A DNA stretch of 64,000 bases from Podarcis vaucheri (lineage: Eukaryota), in NCBI GenBank assembly GCA_965113315.1, contig OZ220364.1. One strand, written 5' to 3'. Both the position numbers and the translations under genes were made by a program. Of this stretch, positions 39,297 to 51,244 are shown piece by piece (the stretch's first letter is position 1; each line of letters opens with the position of its first letter). Below the pieces are notes generated by a model. That model was not told the DNA's origin and did not search any database. It saw only the letters and a list, made by a program, of their open reading frames with translations.

Positions 39297-40265
39297 TATT
39301 TCCTTATTTGTGTGTGTTGGGGGGTGTTTTCTTTTTAAAAAATATATTCTGAGAAATGTTGGTTTACCTCTAGTTCTTGTACCTCTTTCTCTCTGCATCT
39401 CTCTTGCCCCTTCATCTGTGTTAGGAAAGGGGCCATGTGTTAAGCTTTCTCTTGTTGCGTGCAGCCTTTGTTACTTAGCTGAGTTACTTACTCAGAATTA
39501 AATTGTCAGCTTCATTACCAAACATACTTTCCCAGTGCTCTGCCAGCAATTTGCCAATAAGCATGCTATCCCCCTCAGGAAAGCAGAGCAGCTTGAAAAA
39601 TATTAAAACTGTGTTGTGTCACAGTTGCTTCCCTCCCAACTGCGGGCTTGATTTTCTTTCCTCTTTCAGATCTGCCTGCTCTTGTGGATTCCAAACCTGC
39701 CAAGCAATGATGTCAAGAGATCTTTTCTCTCGCCCCCTCTCCCCTTACTTAGTGCCCACATTCAGTGATGTGGCTGTTTCACCCTCCCCTGCTGCTGAAA
39801 TTCCAGCTTATTCAAAAGGTTCAGGCTGTTCTGAGTGGCCCACATTAGTTGGGCATGTTTCCTTTCTATCAGATGAATGAGGTGGGTGCACAATACATCT
39901 GCCTCCCACAGACATACACTTAGCTGAAATGCAAGGCCTTGCCCAAAGCAGAGAGAGAGAGATTGGAGAGCATAAGCAGGGGCACTGTATATGGCTGCAG
40001 TTATTCCATGAATTTCAAATATTGGCTTCTATTGCCATATTCCTGAGATTCTCAGCTTTCACTTCTAGCCCTCCTGGTTCCAAATATAACATTTTAAAAG
40101 CAAAAAGCAACATCTGCTAAAAGCTATGAGACGGGGGTGGGGGTGTCTCAGAGGAGCTTCCAGCATGCAGGTTTCTTGCAGTTTCCCTGTTCACAATTCC
40201 CTGTCTCTACTATACACAAAACCACATTCCTAACAGTTTTTACCTCCCATACCTCACTCCTCCTT

Positions 40266-40456
40266 AGGAACATAGGAAGCTATCTTATACCAAGTCAGAC
40301 CATTGGTCCATCTAGTCCTGTGCTGTTAGTAGTGACAGGAAGCAGCTCTCCATTATTTCAGGTAAGGAATCTTTTCTAGCCCTACGTAGAGATGCCTAGA
40401 TGCCAGGGATTAAACCAGGAACCTTCTGAATGCACTGATCTACAGCCTCCTTCCCC
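40266..40456 (-). mobile_element. Squam3-like SINE
   Basis: Reverse complement of the same family: AGGAACATAGGAAGCT...GTCAGACCATTGGTCCATCTAG...GATGCCAGGGATTAAACC. Confidence 0.75.
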
Positions 40457-40658
40457 TTCACTTTTGCATTCATTTACAGTTAGGAGACAGAACATGCTTA
40501 ACTTTAGTGTGGGTAGCATTGTCTTATCTAGCCTTTTATCTCTTCTGTTGATGCTGAACAGATTTTGCATCTAATGCATAGCAAACATTCAAATTTTAAA
40601 AGATGGAGCACATAGGTAGATAAGTAGATTTTGTATAAATCCTCCTGTTGACAGGAAG

Positions 40659-40660
<2 letters not shown>

Positions 40661-40698
<38 letters not shown>
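40661..40698. repeat. (ATC)n microsatellite
   Basis: Read directly from the sequence. Confidence 0.97.
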
Positions 40699-41744
40699 TG
40701 TTATCATTACTGTTGTTGCCCCAAAGGCTTTGTAGGAATGGCTTGGCTGCCATTGTCTTTTAAGTTCCTGTTTCTTTTCCACTGAACTCCAGTTTTCATA
40801 TGTGCAACTGCACATTTTTACATCATCTTGGAAAATGAATCTGGGGTAGAAACTTAGTAACGGATAAATAAAATCCTTGATTGTAAATAAACTTACTTTG
40901 CTTTGTAGGGTTTTGCCAAGTACTGAATGATGAGCCACTCAATGAAGGGAAGTTTTAGCTTTCTATTATTTTGTCCAGATAATAAAGCTGTTTTCATATG
41001 GATTAGGGATATATTTGTCTCTCTGTGTGTATGCATGGTAGATCTGTGTCTATGTGTATTTGCAAAAGAAATAGTCTTTGTCTTCCCAGATACTAAGCCT
41101 ATTGAATGGAGCCCAGTGTTTGCTGGTATGCACACCTGTGGGAAGGGGAGGGAAGGCGAGCTTTTGTTTTGATGTGAGAGGCCCATATGCTGATCTGAAT
41201 AACCTCAACAATCCATTCACACCTTTGTCTTTCTTCTCCTATGTCTGAGGTCCCTTTTCCACTTCTTTGTTTTTACTTGTCTAGTCACACGTGTTCTGAA
41301 TAGCTGCTCTGAGCCATTCAACATTTCTGCATGTGTGCCTGTGCTTATGCGTTTGAAGGGCGGGAATGGTGAGGAGGGGGGAGCGAAGAGGAGGGGGAAA
41401 GGCTGATAAGCTGTGACAAGTTGAACAAAACAGACTTCTGATCTCTCCCCCCCCCCTTTAAAAATCCTGAAAGCATTATGGTTTCTTGGACATAGCACAT
41501 AGTCCAGACAAGTGGAGCTTTCAGAACTGAACTGCCCAGATCTCTTTCCTGTAATAGCAGTTGCAGGACCAGCTTCTCATACAGCTAAATTCCATACCTT
41601 TCAAAGGGGAGAGAGGTCTGTAAAGGTTTGCACAAGCTCACACATCTCCCATGGAAGCGGAGCTGGGGTCAATCCCTTGGGCTGCTCCAATTCTCCCACA
41701 GTCCAACAGGCAAAAAGAGAGAGAGAGAGAGGTTCGAAGCTGGA

Positions 41745-42233
41745 CAAGACCTACCCACCTTGGAAGAATGGCACATGCAACTAATAGACTATATGGAAAT
41801 GGCGGAAATGACTGGCAGAATCCGAGACCAGGGAGAAGAGTTGGTGGAAGAAGACTGGAGGAAATTTAAAACTTATTTACAGAAACATTGTAAAATTTTT
41901 GAATGCTGATGACATTGAAATGAATTGAAGGGGCTCTAGCAATAAGGTAAAATGTAAGATGGGATTGATAATAGATAAACTAATAGGACATGAATTTGCT
42001 GAACCAATTTTTAAAAGGGATACAAAAAAGGGAGACGTGAGGAAGTCAGGAAAATAAGTTAACTACAGATGAGAAATCAAGAAAGAGGGAATTTTGTTTT
42101 CTTGTATATGTGTTTTTTCTTCTTTTTTGCGTTTAATGTTTGTATTTTTGAATTTTGTAATTTTGTATTTTTCTGTTTTTGTATTTTTTCGAACTTTTCT
42201 GTTGATAAAGCCTAATAAAATATTATAGAAAAA
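41745..42233 (+). mobile_element. 5'-truncated L1-clade LINE 3' end (ORF2 C-terminus + 3'UTR + A-tail), antisense to NTN1
   Basis: Frame DLPTLEEWHMQLIDYMEMAEMTGRIRDQ...DWRKFKTYLQKHCKIFEC* resembles the squamate L1 ORF2 tail. T-rich UTR, AATAAA at 42214-42219, and 19-bp TSD AGAGAGGTTCGAAGCTGGA (41726-41744 / 42234-42252). Confidence 0.88.
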
Positions 42234-43528
42234 AGAGAGGTTCGAAGCTGGATTGTTTCTCTCAGGAGTAAGATTCCAGCTCTAGTTCCTGACACTTTCT
42301 CCCTCACCTACTATGAATCATCCCAATCCTGAACAAAAGTAGGGGAAAACTGGAAGAAAGCACTGTTGAGAACACAAAGGTAGGGAGAAGCTGCTGCTGC
42401 TGCTATCACTGCTACTGTGATTCTTGGTCACAGAGCCAGCCAGAACTAGAGAGCAGAATAATCCTCAGGTGCCATATTGATGGATAGCCTGCATGGGCAG
42501 TGTAGGAGAGGGAGAGAGAGAGGTGTATTGTGGCCTAGGATTCCCCACACCAGAATCAATCAATACCCACAGCTTCACCAGTGACACCCAGAATTAAAAC
42601 CATGAAATGATTCTGTGTTTTTTTTCTAACCAGAATAACACCTCAAGCTTGCAAAAGGGGCTGTGCTGCTTACTTAAAGAGGAACAAAAATAGTTCAATT
42701 TTCAAGCAATGGTGCCATCATAACAAGACTCTGGGAGCAGAGATCCAGGGCCCTTGTTCAGTAGAATGAACAGGATGGTTTCTCAAGTTGTGAAATCATT
42801 GAAGTAACACACATTACAAAAAATGAAGGGGGGGGGGGTTAGGCACCTAAGACTATTAAGTTCAGAGACTAACATTACCTAAGTGCATCCCTGCTTTTGA
42901 GCACGTACATCTGGACAAGCCAGCCCTGAGGACTCTAAGAACCAGGTCCTGCAAAAAGAAGTGTCTACCTAACACTGTCATTGTTAGATAGCTACACTTT
43001 TTTCAGCATACTAGACAGGAGGAAAAAGTTGTAGGAACCATTTTAAAATTAGGATATTAGTATGTTTCCTCCTTTCATGCAATATATGTCTTCTTTTCCA
43101 TGATAGACTGCTACAAACGTGTAGTTTGTGTTCAAAAGCCCCCCCCCACTTAAGACCCTTTATTCCAAGTGTTGCAAGCCTAAGCTGCCACATATAGGGA
43201 TCAGTGTAGAATAGGCAACTCACTTTTTCAGCTTCAGTTCTTTATAGTAAGCTCAGTAATGGATAGTATATCCAAGTTTATGAGCCGTAGCTCCTTTACC
43301 AGTACCATAAGACCAGCTGTGTAGACACAAATCAGGCTCTGAAGAGGTGTGATTGCTCTGTTTGTGCCTGGCTTTTTCCTTTAATTCCCCCACTCTCAAC
43401 CCATGAGTGTGGCTGTGAAGAAGAAAAAGAGGAGAGGCAAAAGAGTCCAGAGAATTCGATGCAATTTGTAATATTGAATATAAATAGGCTGGAAGCAGAC
43501 AATAAGTCTGCCATCTTATGCACATTTA

Positions 43529-43930
<402 letters not shown>

Positions 43931-45030
43931 CTATGGCACTCATTTAGGATTACCCTTGACAAAAGTGATACATACTTGTCCTTAATATATCTGAGCAAAC
44001 CTGAGAACACCTTAAGCGTGTCCTAAGCCCTAAAGTTGTCATCCCTGCTATTCAGAGTATAGAAGGAAATAATACAAGAAAACTTATAGCTGGAAATGTT
44101 TGGCAGGGCCAACCAAGGTAGTATAACAAGTTAGCATGAATACCTGAGTTTCTGTTTTCTCATGGAAAACACAAGACACATTTTAAGCATATAAATTGTT
44201 TGTGCCAATTCAAAATCACAATTTATAAATTAAATCCGAACTACACAAGGCTCCAATTTTCTTTCCCACAGAAAATTCTGGTGTCAACCAAGTCAACAGG
44301 ATTTTGATTTCACACTAATCCAGTATGATCAAAAGCGTTGTGGTGCAACAGCTGCAAGTACTCTTGGATGAAAAGATTTATCTACACTCATTCATTTAGG
44401 TTCTGGCTTACAAAGAAGACAGGTGCTGCTCTTACTGTCCTTTTGGTGCCAGTTGAAGAGTTTCCTCTTTCAACAAGCTTTCTAAGTGAAGGTGTGGGTT
44501 GTTTTTTTAATAATCCTAATCAGTATCTGTATTGGATGTGAAATTGCTTTTATATATGCAATTGTTGAAACTGTTTTCATATATGCAAGTGCTTTATATA
44601 TGATTTTACTGTATTGTGGCATCACCTCTGGATGCTTCATAGGAATCAATTCATTCATTCATTCATTAATAAACAAATAAATAATGAGAAATGAAGATAC
44701 ATCAAAACTGACAGATGCATCTATGTCTAACAAACACTGCAAATCCACACCTGGACTTCCTGGTTTATCATGAAGGTCTCATGGCTCATCGTTTCTCGGT
44801 TTGGTTTGGAAGAGAAAACTCCTATTCCTTTGTTTACCTGATACAGCTGGTTGGAGATTAAGGCATTATATTTGCTTAATTATCACATTTCAGTCCTAAG
44901 AATTACAATGTAGCTTCTTGGTGGGTGGGTGGGTGGGTGTGTTAAGTGGTCATAACGCTAATGTGGACTGCCAAACTATCTCTTATTGAAATAGAATAAT
45001 AATAGAATATTGTTAATAGAATAATAATAG

Positions 45031-45141
45031 AGGGTTATTTTGTCCAACCCCCTGCAATGCAGGAATATTTTGCTTCAGTGTGGGGCTCAAACCCACAACC
45101 CTGAGATTAAGAGTCTCAGGCTCTACCAACTGAGCTATCTC
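45031..45141 (-). mobile_element. tRNA-Lys(CTT)-derived SINE (Squam2-like) with CR1-type 3' part
   Basis: The minus strand reads GATAGCTCAGTTGGTAGAGCCTGAGACTCTTAATCTCAGGGTTGTGGGTTTGAGCCCCAC (tRNA-Lys-CTT-like, acceptor stem broken), then TTCCTGCATTGCAGGGGGTTGGAC. Confidence 0.8.
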
Positions 45142-46857
45142 AGAGGTTTATCTGTGTGCCACGTCTCTGGCAACTGAGAAGAAAGAGGAGTTATTTGCTT
45201 TTATCTTGTGATAAAACTTTAAAGTAAATTACATAATACATGTTGGTTTCTTTTACAAATGTTACGAAGTCTGCTGGGTCTTAAACCAGTCGCTTGAAGT
45301 AAGAAGTAGCGTCTTTAGCAAAGGAAATGCTACCCAATTTTAAAAGTTTAAAAACCATTCCAGGCATAGGAGGGAGGTAGGAAAAAATATGTTAGGACCT
45401 GGGCCAATAAAAATGTTGATTTTTTTCCCTTCGGCATAGAGCTGGGGAGGGGATTTATAGATCCCAGAGCAAATGTGAGTCAGGTTCTCCCCCAACACAT
45501 GAACACACACCAACCAAACCTAGCCTACTAAATTCAGTCCTAGCACAATAGGCCATATGCAATGGGTAGGATTTGTTATCAGTGCTACAGACCAGCAAAC
45601 AACAATTTGGATACAATTAGTCAAGGTTAAAAGTCCCATTGATAACACTGTAGTAAAAAGCTGTAGCCAAAGTTTGTTGTTCTATTCTGCCCACAAGAAA
45701 GTAACAGAAGTAACAGCAAGAGTAGAACTTCACCTTCTCTCACGCAAGCTCTGGTGTCATCCATTCTTGCCCTGCCTGCTTGGGGGCCCAGGTTCTGCCG
45801 GACAACAGCCCCTATCATCCCTGACCATCAGCAATGCTGGTTGCAGGGAGTTATAATCCAGCAACATCAGGAAGGCCACAGGTTTCCTTCCCCAGCTGTA
45901 GTGATTGAATTCCTGCCTATAGATGCACGCTCCATCTTAGAAAATATCTAAACCGCGTACACAAAGCACTCATAAAACAGTATAAAGTATCCAGCCTGGC
46001 AGAAAAGCTGTCTGCATCTCGCCTCCTATCCTATTTCTAATCCTGGTTTGGAATGCAGCAAGGTTTCTGCTTCCTTATCGCTCAAGTAATCACTGGGAGG
46101 CTGCTCTACTGTGCCAACTCGCAGGGGTTTTGTTGTGTCTGGGGTTCTGCCACCATTGTCCTGTACCACACATTACAACACATCCTAGCTGCTTTAGATC
46201 CAAAGCAGACACTCTTGTAACTGCTTATTTCCTGCCTTCACCGTGCACCTGTATGCAGAAACCAGGCCCTGCAAACCATGCTGGCACCATTGGAACGGCA
46301 GCTCATAGAGGCTCTAATTTCATTAGGAGTGGAGATGGATGGATTAGAAACCATTGTCTTCGCCCTGTCCCTGAATGCCCAGCTTCTGAAAATCCTGCCG
46401 CTGGGTTGGCCTGGCCTCCAGCCAGCACTCATTGGCAATTATGCTTGTTAGCCTGCTGTGCTTTATGATGCCCCGTGGAAGAATTGGACTTGCTAAGAAA
46501 TACTCTTACCATTACAGTAACTTCCAAAAAAAGAGAATGAATGCCATTGGCACATTTAATAAAAAAGAGAAACAACTAAAGAGTAAAGGCTGGAAGAGGC
46601 CCAGGAGGAGCAGAGTTACATCCTATCGCTCCCATGTACCATTCCCTTGGAAGGCCGGACGTGATGCAATTATGGCTTTCCTCCTTAGCTGCTGAATTCT
46701 GATGGCTCTGGTAAACATGCTGCTGCTGAACAACTGCTTCTGTAGCTGTTCCATTTTGTTCAAGGGAACACAGGGAACCCACAGGAGTTGGGGGGGGGAA
46801 CAATTCCAGAAGAGTGGAGCAGCTTGCTTTGGGGTGGTGAGTCTACATCTCACAAGT

Positions 46858-47015
46858 GTAATAATAATAACAATAATAATAATATACTCTGCCGACTGGA
46901 TTGTCCCAGCTACTCTGGGCAGCTTCCAACAAGTATTAAAAACATAATAAAACATCCAACATTAAAAACTTCCCTATACAGGGCTACCTTCAGATGTCTT
47001 CTATAAATTGTATAG
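46858..47015 (-). mobile_element. L2-type LINE 3' end with (TTA)n tail
   Basis: (TAA)n followed by CCCAGCTACTCTGGGCAGCTTCCAAC...CAGGGCTACCTTCAGATGTCTTCTA, recognised as a lizard L2 terminus. Confidence 0.6.
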
Positions 47016-49595
47016 TTTTGTGTTTTGAAATGAGAAAGTCTCACAAGAGCCTCCTTCCCCATACTTCATGATTCCTGTAACAGATCAGACTGGCTTCTCT
47101 CCCATTGGCGAAAGCCTTATTTTCTTTTAGGTCCACTTTGTTGGTGGTGCTGGCCAATTCTTTTTTCTTTAAAGATCTACTTTCTCTTTTGCAATATTTT
47201 AGCGAATAGGAAAATGCAATTAAAAGACAGCATCACTTTTTTAAAAAACAAACAAAACACATTTGCTGCCTTCCCTTGCCACGAAACAGGTAACTGGAGA
47301 ATGTATGTACACATTGGAAATCAGATGCTTACTCTGAATGAAATGGATTAGCTGAAAGGGATAGTGATTAGGTTTTCAGAAAGTCAGGCAAATCCTTTCC
47401 TTGTCCTTCTGGTGACTTTAGGAACTAAGCAATGCCCCAATGCAACCTTAGGGGAAAGGGGAATAGGGCCTTATTTAGACAATGTGCCAGAAGGCAGTGA
47501 TCAGGCTTCCTTCACTTTTAAAGGGAGCAAGGGCAGCAAAAACACATGGTAGCTCTCCCTGTTGGCTGGGTAAGAATCAAGCTGCACTACACTTCCCACT
47601 CAGCCAGCAAAAATCCCCTATTCCTCTAAGCCCCGGTATATTTCCAGAATGATGAGAGAAGAGCTCATGCACAATCACTGCAGTTCCATGTCCAGTTTTG
47701 GGGATTTTGGGATTGGTGAGGATGTTCCAGCTCTCTTAACTTTTCTGCAAGGGCTAGAAATCCCACCTGTCAGTAAAGATTGCCTCCTATACTGCCCCTT
47801 CCCCAATATAGTCACCCCACCCATTTTCTGGATGTTCAAATGCAGACATACTGATTTACAAATGTAACAATTAGAAATTAGTCTCAGGGTGGCATCCGAC
47901 AAGATATTTTCTTCCTAAGCCAAGGGGCTTTTTGCACATTTAAATGTGGTGGGTGGATATGGAGGGGTTAAGAAAATAGAGTTTTTTGAAGTGGGTATTT
48001 GAAGCAGCAAATTAGAGATTGGCATTGCTTGACACTTTCCCCTCCCACAGTTTTCCACTCAATTATATTGCTAAAAATGCTTGCTTGCTTACATAGCTGG
48101 GCACATGGGCTGTTCCTGCACTCCTATAGTTCTGCTACTACCTTGCTACCCAGGGATAAACCATAGCTTGGCTTAGGGTTGTGTCCAATATGAGCCAAGA
48201 TATTTGGGGGGGGTTCTTTTGTTTTCTTTTGTGGTTTGTCTAGGGGGGATAAACGACGTACCAAAGCTTGGATGTGATGCTAAGCCAAACCATGTCTTAG
48301 ACCTTGATAGCACAACAACAGGAGGACCTGGGAGAGGTACACAGACTTTGTGATATTCACTCCTGCAAGTGACAAATTGGCTTGCACCAAACCATGGTTT
48401 GGCTTAGCATTTCATGCAAACTAGGCTTATAGATAATACAGATGCCAAGCCTGATGAAAGGTTAATGCATTAAATCCCTATTTTAGTTGGGGAAGCGAAG
48501 AGCAGCATGTCCAGTTAGAAATAAATGCCTAAGGGCTTGCAAAATGTTTTTTTAGCACTCAATTGGAATCCACTTGGGAACAATTTGTCCGCTTAAGCTA
48601 TTTGTCTGTACAATCACAGTCTTATCTGGTTAAGATCTTTGTTGCAGCTTTCTCTGGCTGCAGGCAAAACAGAACCTCTCTGCACACAACTTCTACCTGC
48701 TTCCCAAATATTTTCAAGGCTTTTATATTCTAGATTTGTTGCTGGTTGTTCTTGTTAATCTCACATGGTGATGCTATCAAACTTTCTTTTTTACAATTTC
48801 CAAATCTTTGTATTTCATAATGAGAGGCAGACCTTTTTTTGATTGTGATTCTCATCACCTTATTTCCAAATTATTTGTTTCTACCTATTCTTTTACCCAC
48901 ATTTTTATAGACGTATTAAAAAATAATTCTCCCCTTTGTGCCTTGGAGTTATGCACTTCAACCAACCTCTGCAGCCTTTCTCTGGTTCCCCTCACCATTG
49001 GAGGTCATGGGGACCAAATCTGGAACAGCCAAGAGAGATACATGAAATGCTATATATTCCCTGCCCACTTTTATTATCTGAGCAGCAAATGTGATCTTAC
49101 TCCAGCAGGCTTTTCTCAGATGCAATCTTTTAATGCTCAGCAATACTGTGAAAGAGACTAGTTGACTTGGCAGCTATATTAGCTGAACATGCCCAAGCAT
49201 CACCACTTGATCAGAAGGAATTGGTGACAAAATTTGCAAAGGCCACAGCACACAAAGTGAGATATTGATGTGCCTGAAATTGAAACTTTTAAGAGACTTA
49301 AATTTTAACATCACAATTCACAAGATTATTCAAAACGACCTGTGTGCTAAAACGTTGTCTTCTGTATACGAGAAAAATAATCAATGTTTGTTGTATTACT
49401 TATTCTTGCAATTTAAAATAAATTTCACAGTTTCAAGGTTTTCGGCTTTTCTTTTTTCTGCAAGACATCCGTTTTTTGAAAATTCAAGTTAGCAATTTGG
49501 GGGGTGGGGGGGTGCAAGTAGTTAGTCTTGCCTAAGATGCAAAATAGCCCGGCACCAGCACTTACAGTAGTCAGTGGTGGTCAATAACTAGGGTG

Positions 49596-49850
49596 TCTTT
49601 TTAAAATGATGGGGCAAATTCATGAAGGATAAGGCTATCAATGGCTTCTAGGCATTGATGGCCATGCTGCAACTCCATTCTCTGAGGCAGTGTGCCTCTG
49701 TATACCAGTTGTTGGAAATCACAGGAGGAATGAGTGTTTTTGTGCTGAACTCCTGCTAGCAGGTTTCCCACAGGCATCTGGTTGGCCACTGTGAAAACAG
49801 GAAGCTGGATTAGATGGACCATTGACCTGATCCAACAGGCTCTTTTTATG
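49596..49850 (+). mobile_element. Old CR1-like LINE 3' end; inverted relatives at ~50441-50585 and ~57693-57866
   Basis: Degenerate ORF2 end (…KFMKDKAING) and 3'UTR GGCATCTGGTTGGCCACTGTG...CTGGATTAGATGGACC...CTGATCCA. Confidence 0.7.
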
Positions 49851-49881
49851 TAAGATTAATATCAGTTCTCTTTTCATGTTA

Positions 49882-50214
49882 CAGTGGTGCCCCGCAAGAC
49901 GAACGCCTCGCAAGACGGAAAACCCGCTAGACGAAAGGGTTTTCCGTTTTGGAGGCGCTTCGCAAAACGAATTTCCCTATGGGATTGCTTCGCAAGACGA
50001 AAAAATCTTGCGCGTCCCCGCGGGTTTTTTTCGCTCCCCTCCTTTTCCTAAGCCGCCTATCAGCTGTTCCGCTGAAAAACCCGCTTAACAGCTGATCACG
50101 GAAAGCCGCTAGACCGCTGTAGCGCTAATCAATGGGCTTGCTTCGCAAGACGAAAAAACCGCTAGACGACAAGAATCGCGGAACGGATTCTTTTCGTCTT
50201 GCGAGGCACCACTG
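49882..50214. mobile_element. Young Tigger/pogo-like MITE, 333 bp, CpG-dense
   Basis: TIR CAGTGGTGCC(C/T)CGCAAGACGAA, TA TSD, repeated CGC(A/T)AGACG motif, about 34 CpGs by hand count. Confidence 0.93.
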
Positions 50215-50886
50215 TATTTAGCTTTGGATAAGACCTTGGAAAAGGAACCACATTATCCATGGGATGTTGCAAATCCAGTCTGGATAGAAGTGACTCACAG
50301 GGTGAGCCAATGGCTGGGCAATGACTACAGTTTGGGAGCTATGAGCTTTTTCATTTTTGATCTCACTCTTAAGGTCACACCTTAGCCCCGAGCTTGAAAT
50401 GTTACGGCTGCTGCCATGGTTTCAATATGAAGATGTTAAGCAACATAAAAGAGGTCCTTCCTGGATTAGACCAGAAATCTACCAACTCCAGCATCCTGTT
50501 TCCAAGAATGGTCAACCAGATGCTTCCAGGAAGCCTACGGTCAAGGCATGTAGGTGACAGTGACAGCTGTCCCTTTCTCTTGTTCTCAAGACAACCTAAA
50601 GCAACTTACATACAAGCAAACAACACCCATATAGACACATTAAAACCAAAACATTAAAAACATTCCATCCACTTATAAAAGGCCACAGATAGTTAAAGGC
50701 CAAAGGCCTTGTTATACAGGAAAGTTTTTGTCCAGCACCTGATGGTGACAGGCCATCATTCCACAAATGGTGGAGCCACTGCAGAAATGGCCCATTACCC
50801 TATTGCTACCCTTCAGACCTCTCAGGGAGGGGGCGCATGAAGAAGCCATATTGCCTTGAGTATCCATATAGCCAACATGGATAATA

Positions 50887-51244
50887 GGTAAAGGTAAAGG
50901 TACCCCTGCCCGTACGGGCCAGTCGTGTCTGACTCTAGGGTTGTGCGCCCATCTCACTTAAGAGGCCGGGGGCCAGCGCTGTCCGGGGACACTTCTGGGC
51001 CAGCGTGACGAAGCTACTCTGGCGAACCAGCACCAGCACAGCACACGGAAACGCCATTTACCTTCCCGCTATAAAGCGGTACCTATTTATCTACTTGCAC
51101 TTGGGGGTGCTTTCAAACTGCTAGGTGGGCAGGAGCTGGGACCGAAAGACGGGAGCTCACCCCGTCACGGGGATTCGAACCGTCGACCATATGATCGGCA
51201 AGTCCTAAGCACTGAGGTTTTACCCACAGCACCACCCGCGTCCC
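50887..51244 (-). mobile_element. Full-length Sauria SINE (Squam1-type, lacertid-like subfamily)
   Basis: The minus strand starts GGGACGCGGGTGGTGCTGTGGG with a B-box GGTTCGAATCC. It ends in BovB-like GAGTCAGACACGACT plus an (ACCTTT)n tail. Flanked by the direct repeat (CC)AACATGGATAATA at 50872-50886 and 51243-51257. Confidence 0.95.

Noticed and set aside
40528-40938. ORFs with poly-Met, poly-Asn/Ile or poly-Leu runs (also near 8000 and 36300)
   Set aside because: Translation artefacts of trinucleotide microsatellites.
45068-45141. Possible tRNA-Lys(CTT) gene
   Set aside because: Acceptor stem and T-loop are degraded and it continues into a SINE body, so it was called a SINE.
49882-50214. 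CRISPR-like or promoter CpG island reading of the repeated CGCAAGACGA motif
   Set aside because: Repeats are ~10 bp, irregularly spaced and enclosed by TIRs with a TA TSD; the context is a vertebrate MITE.
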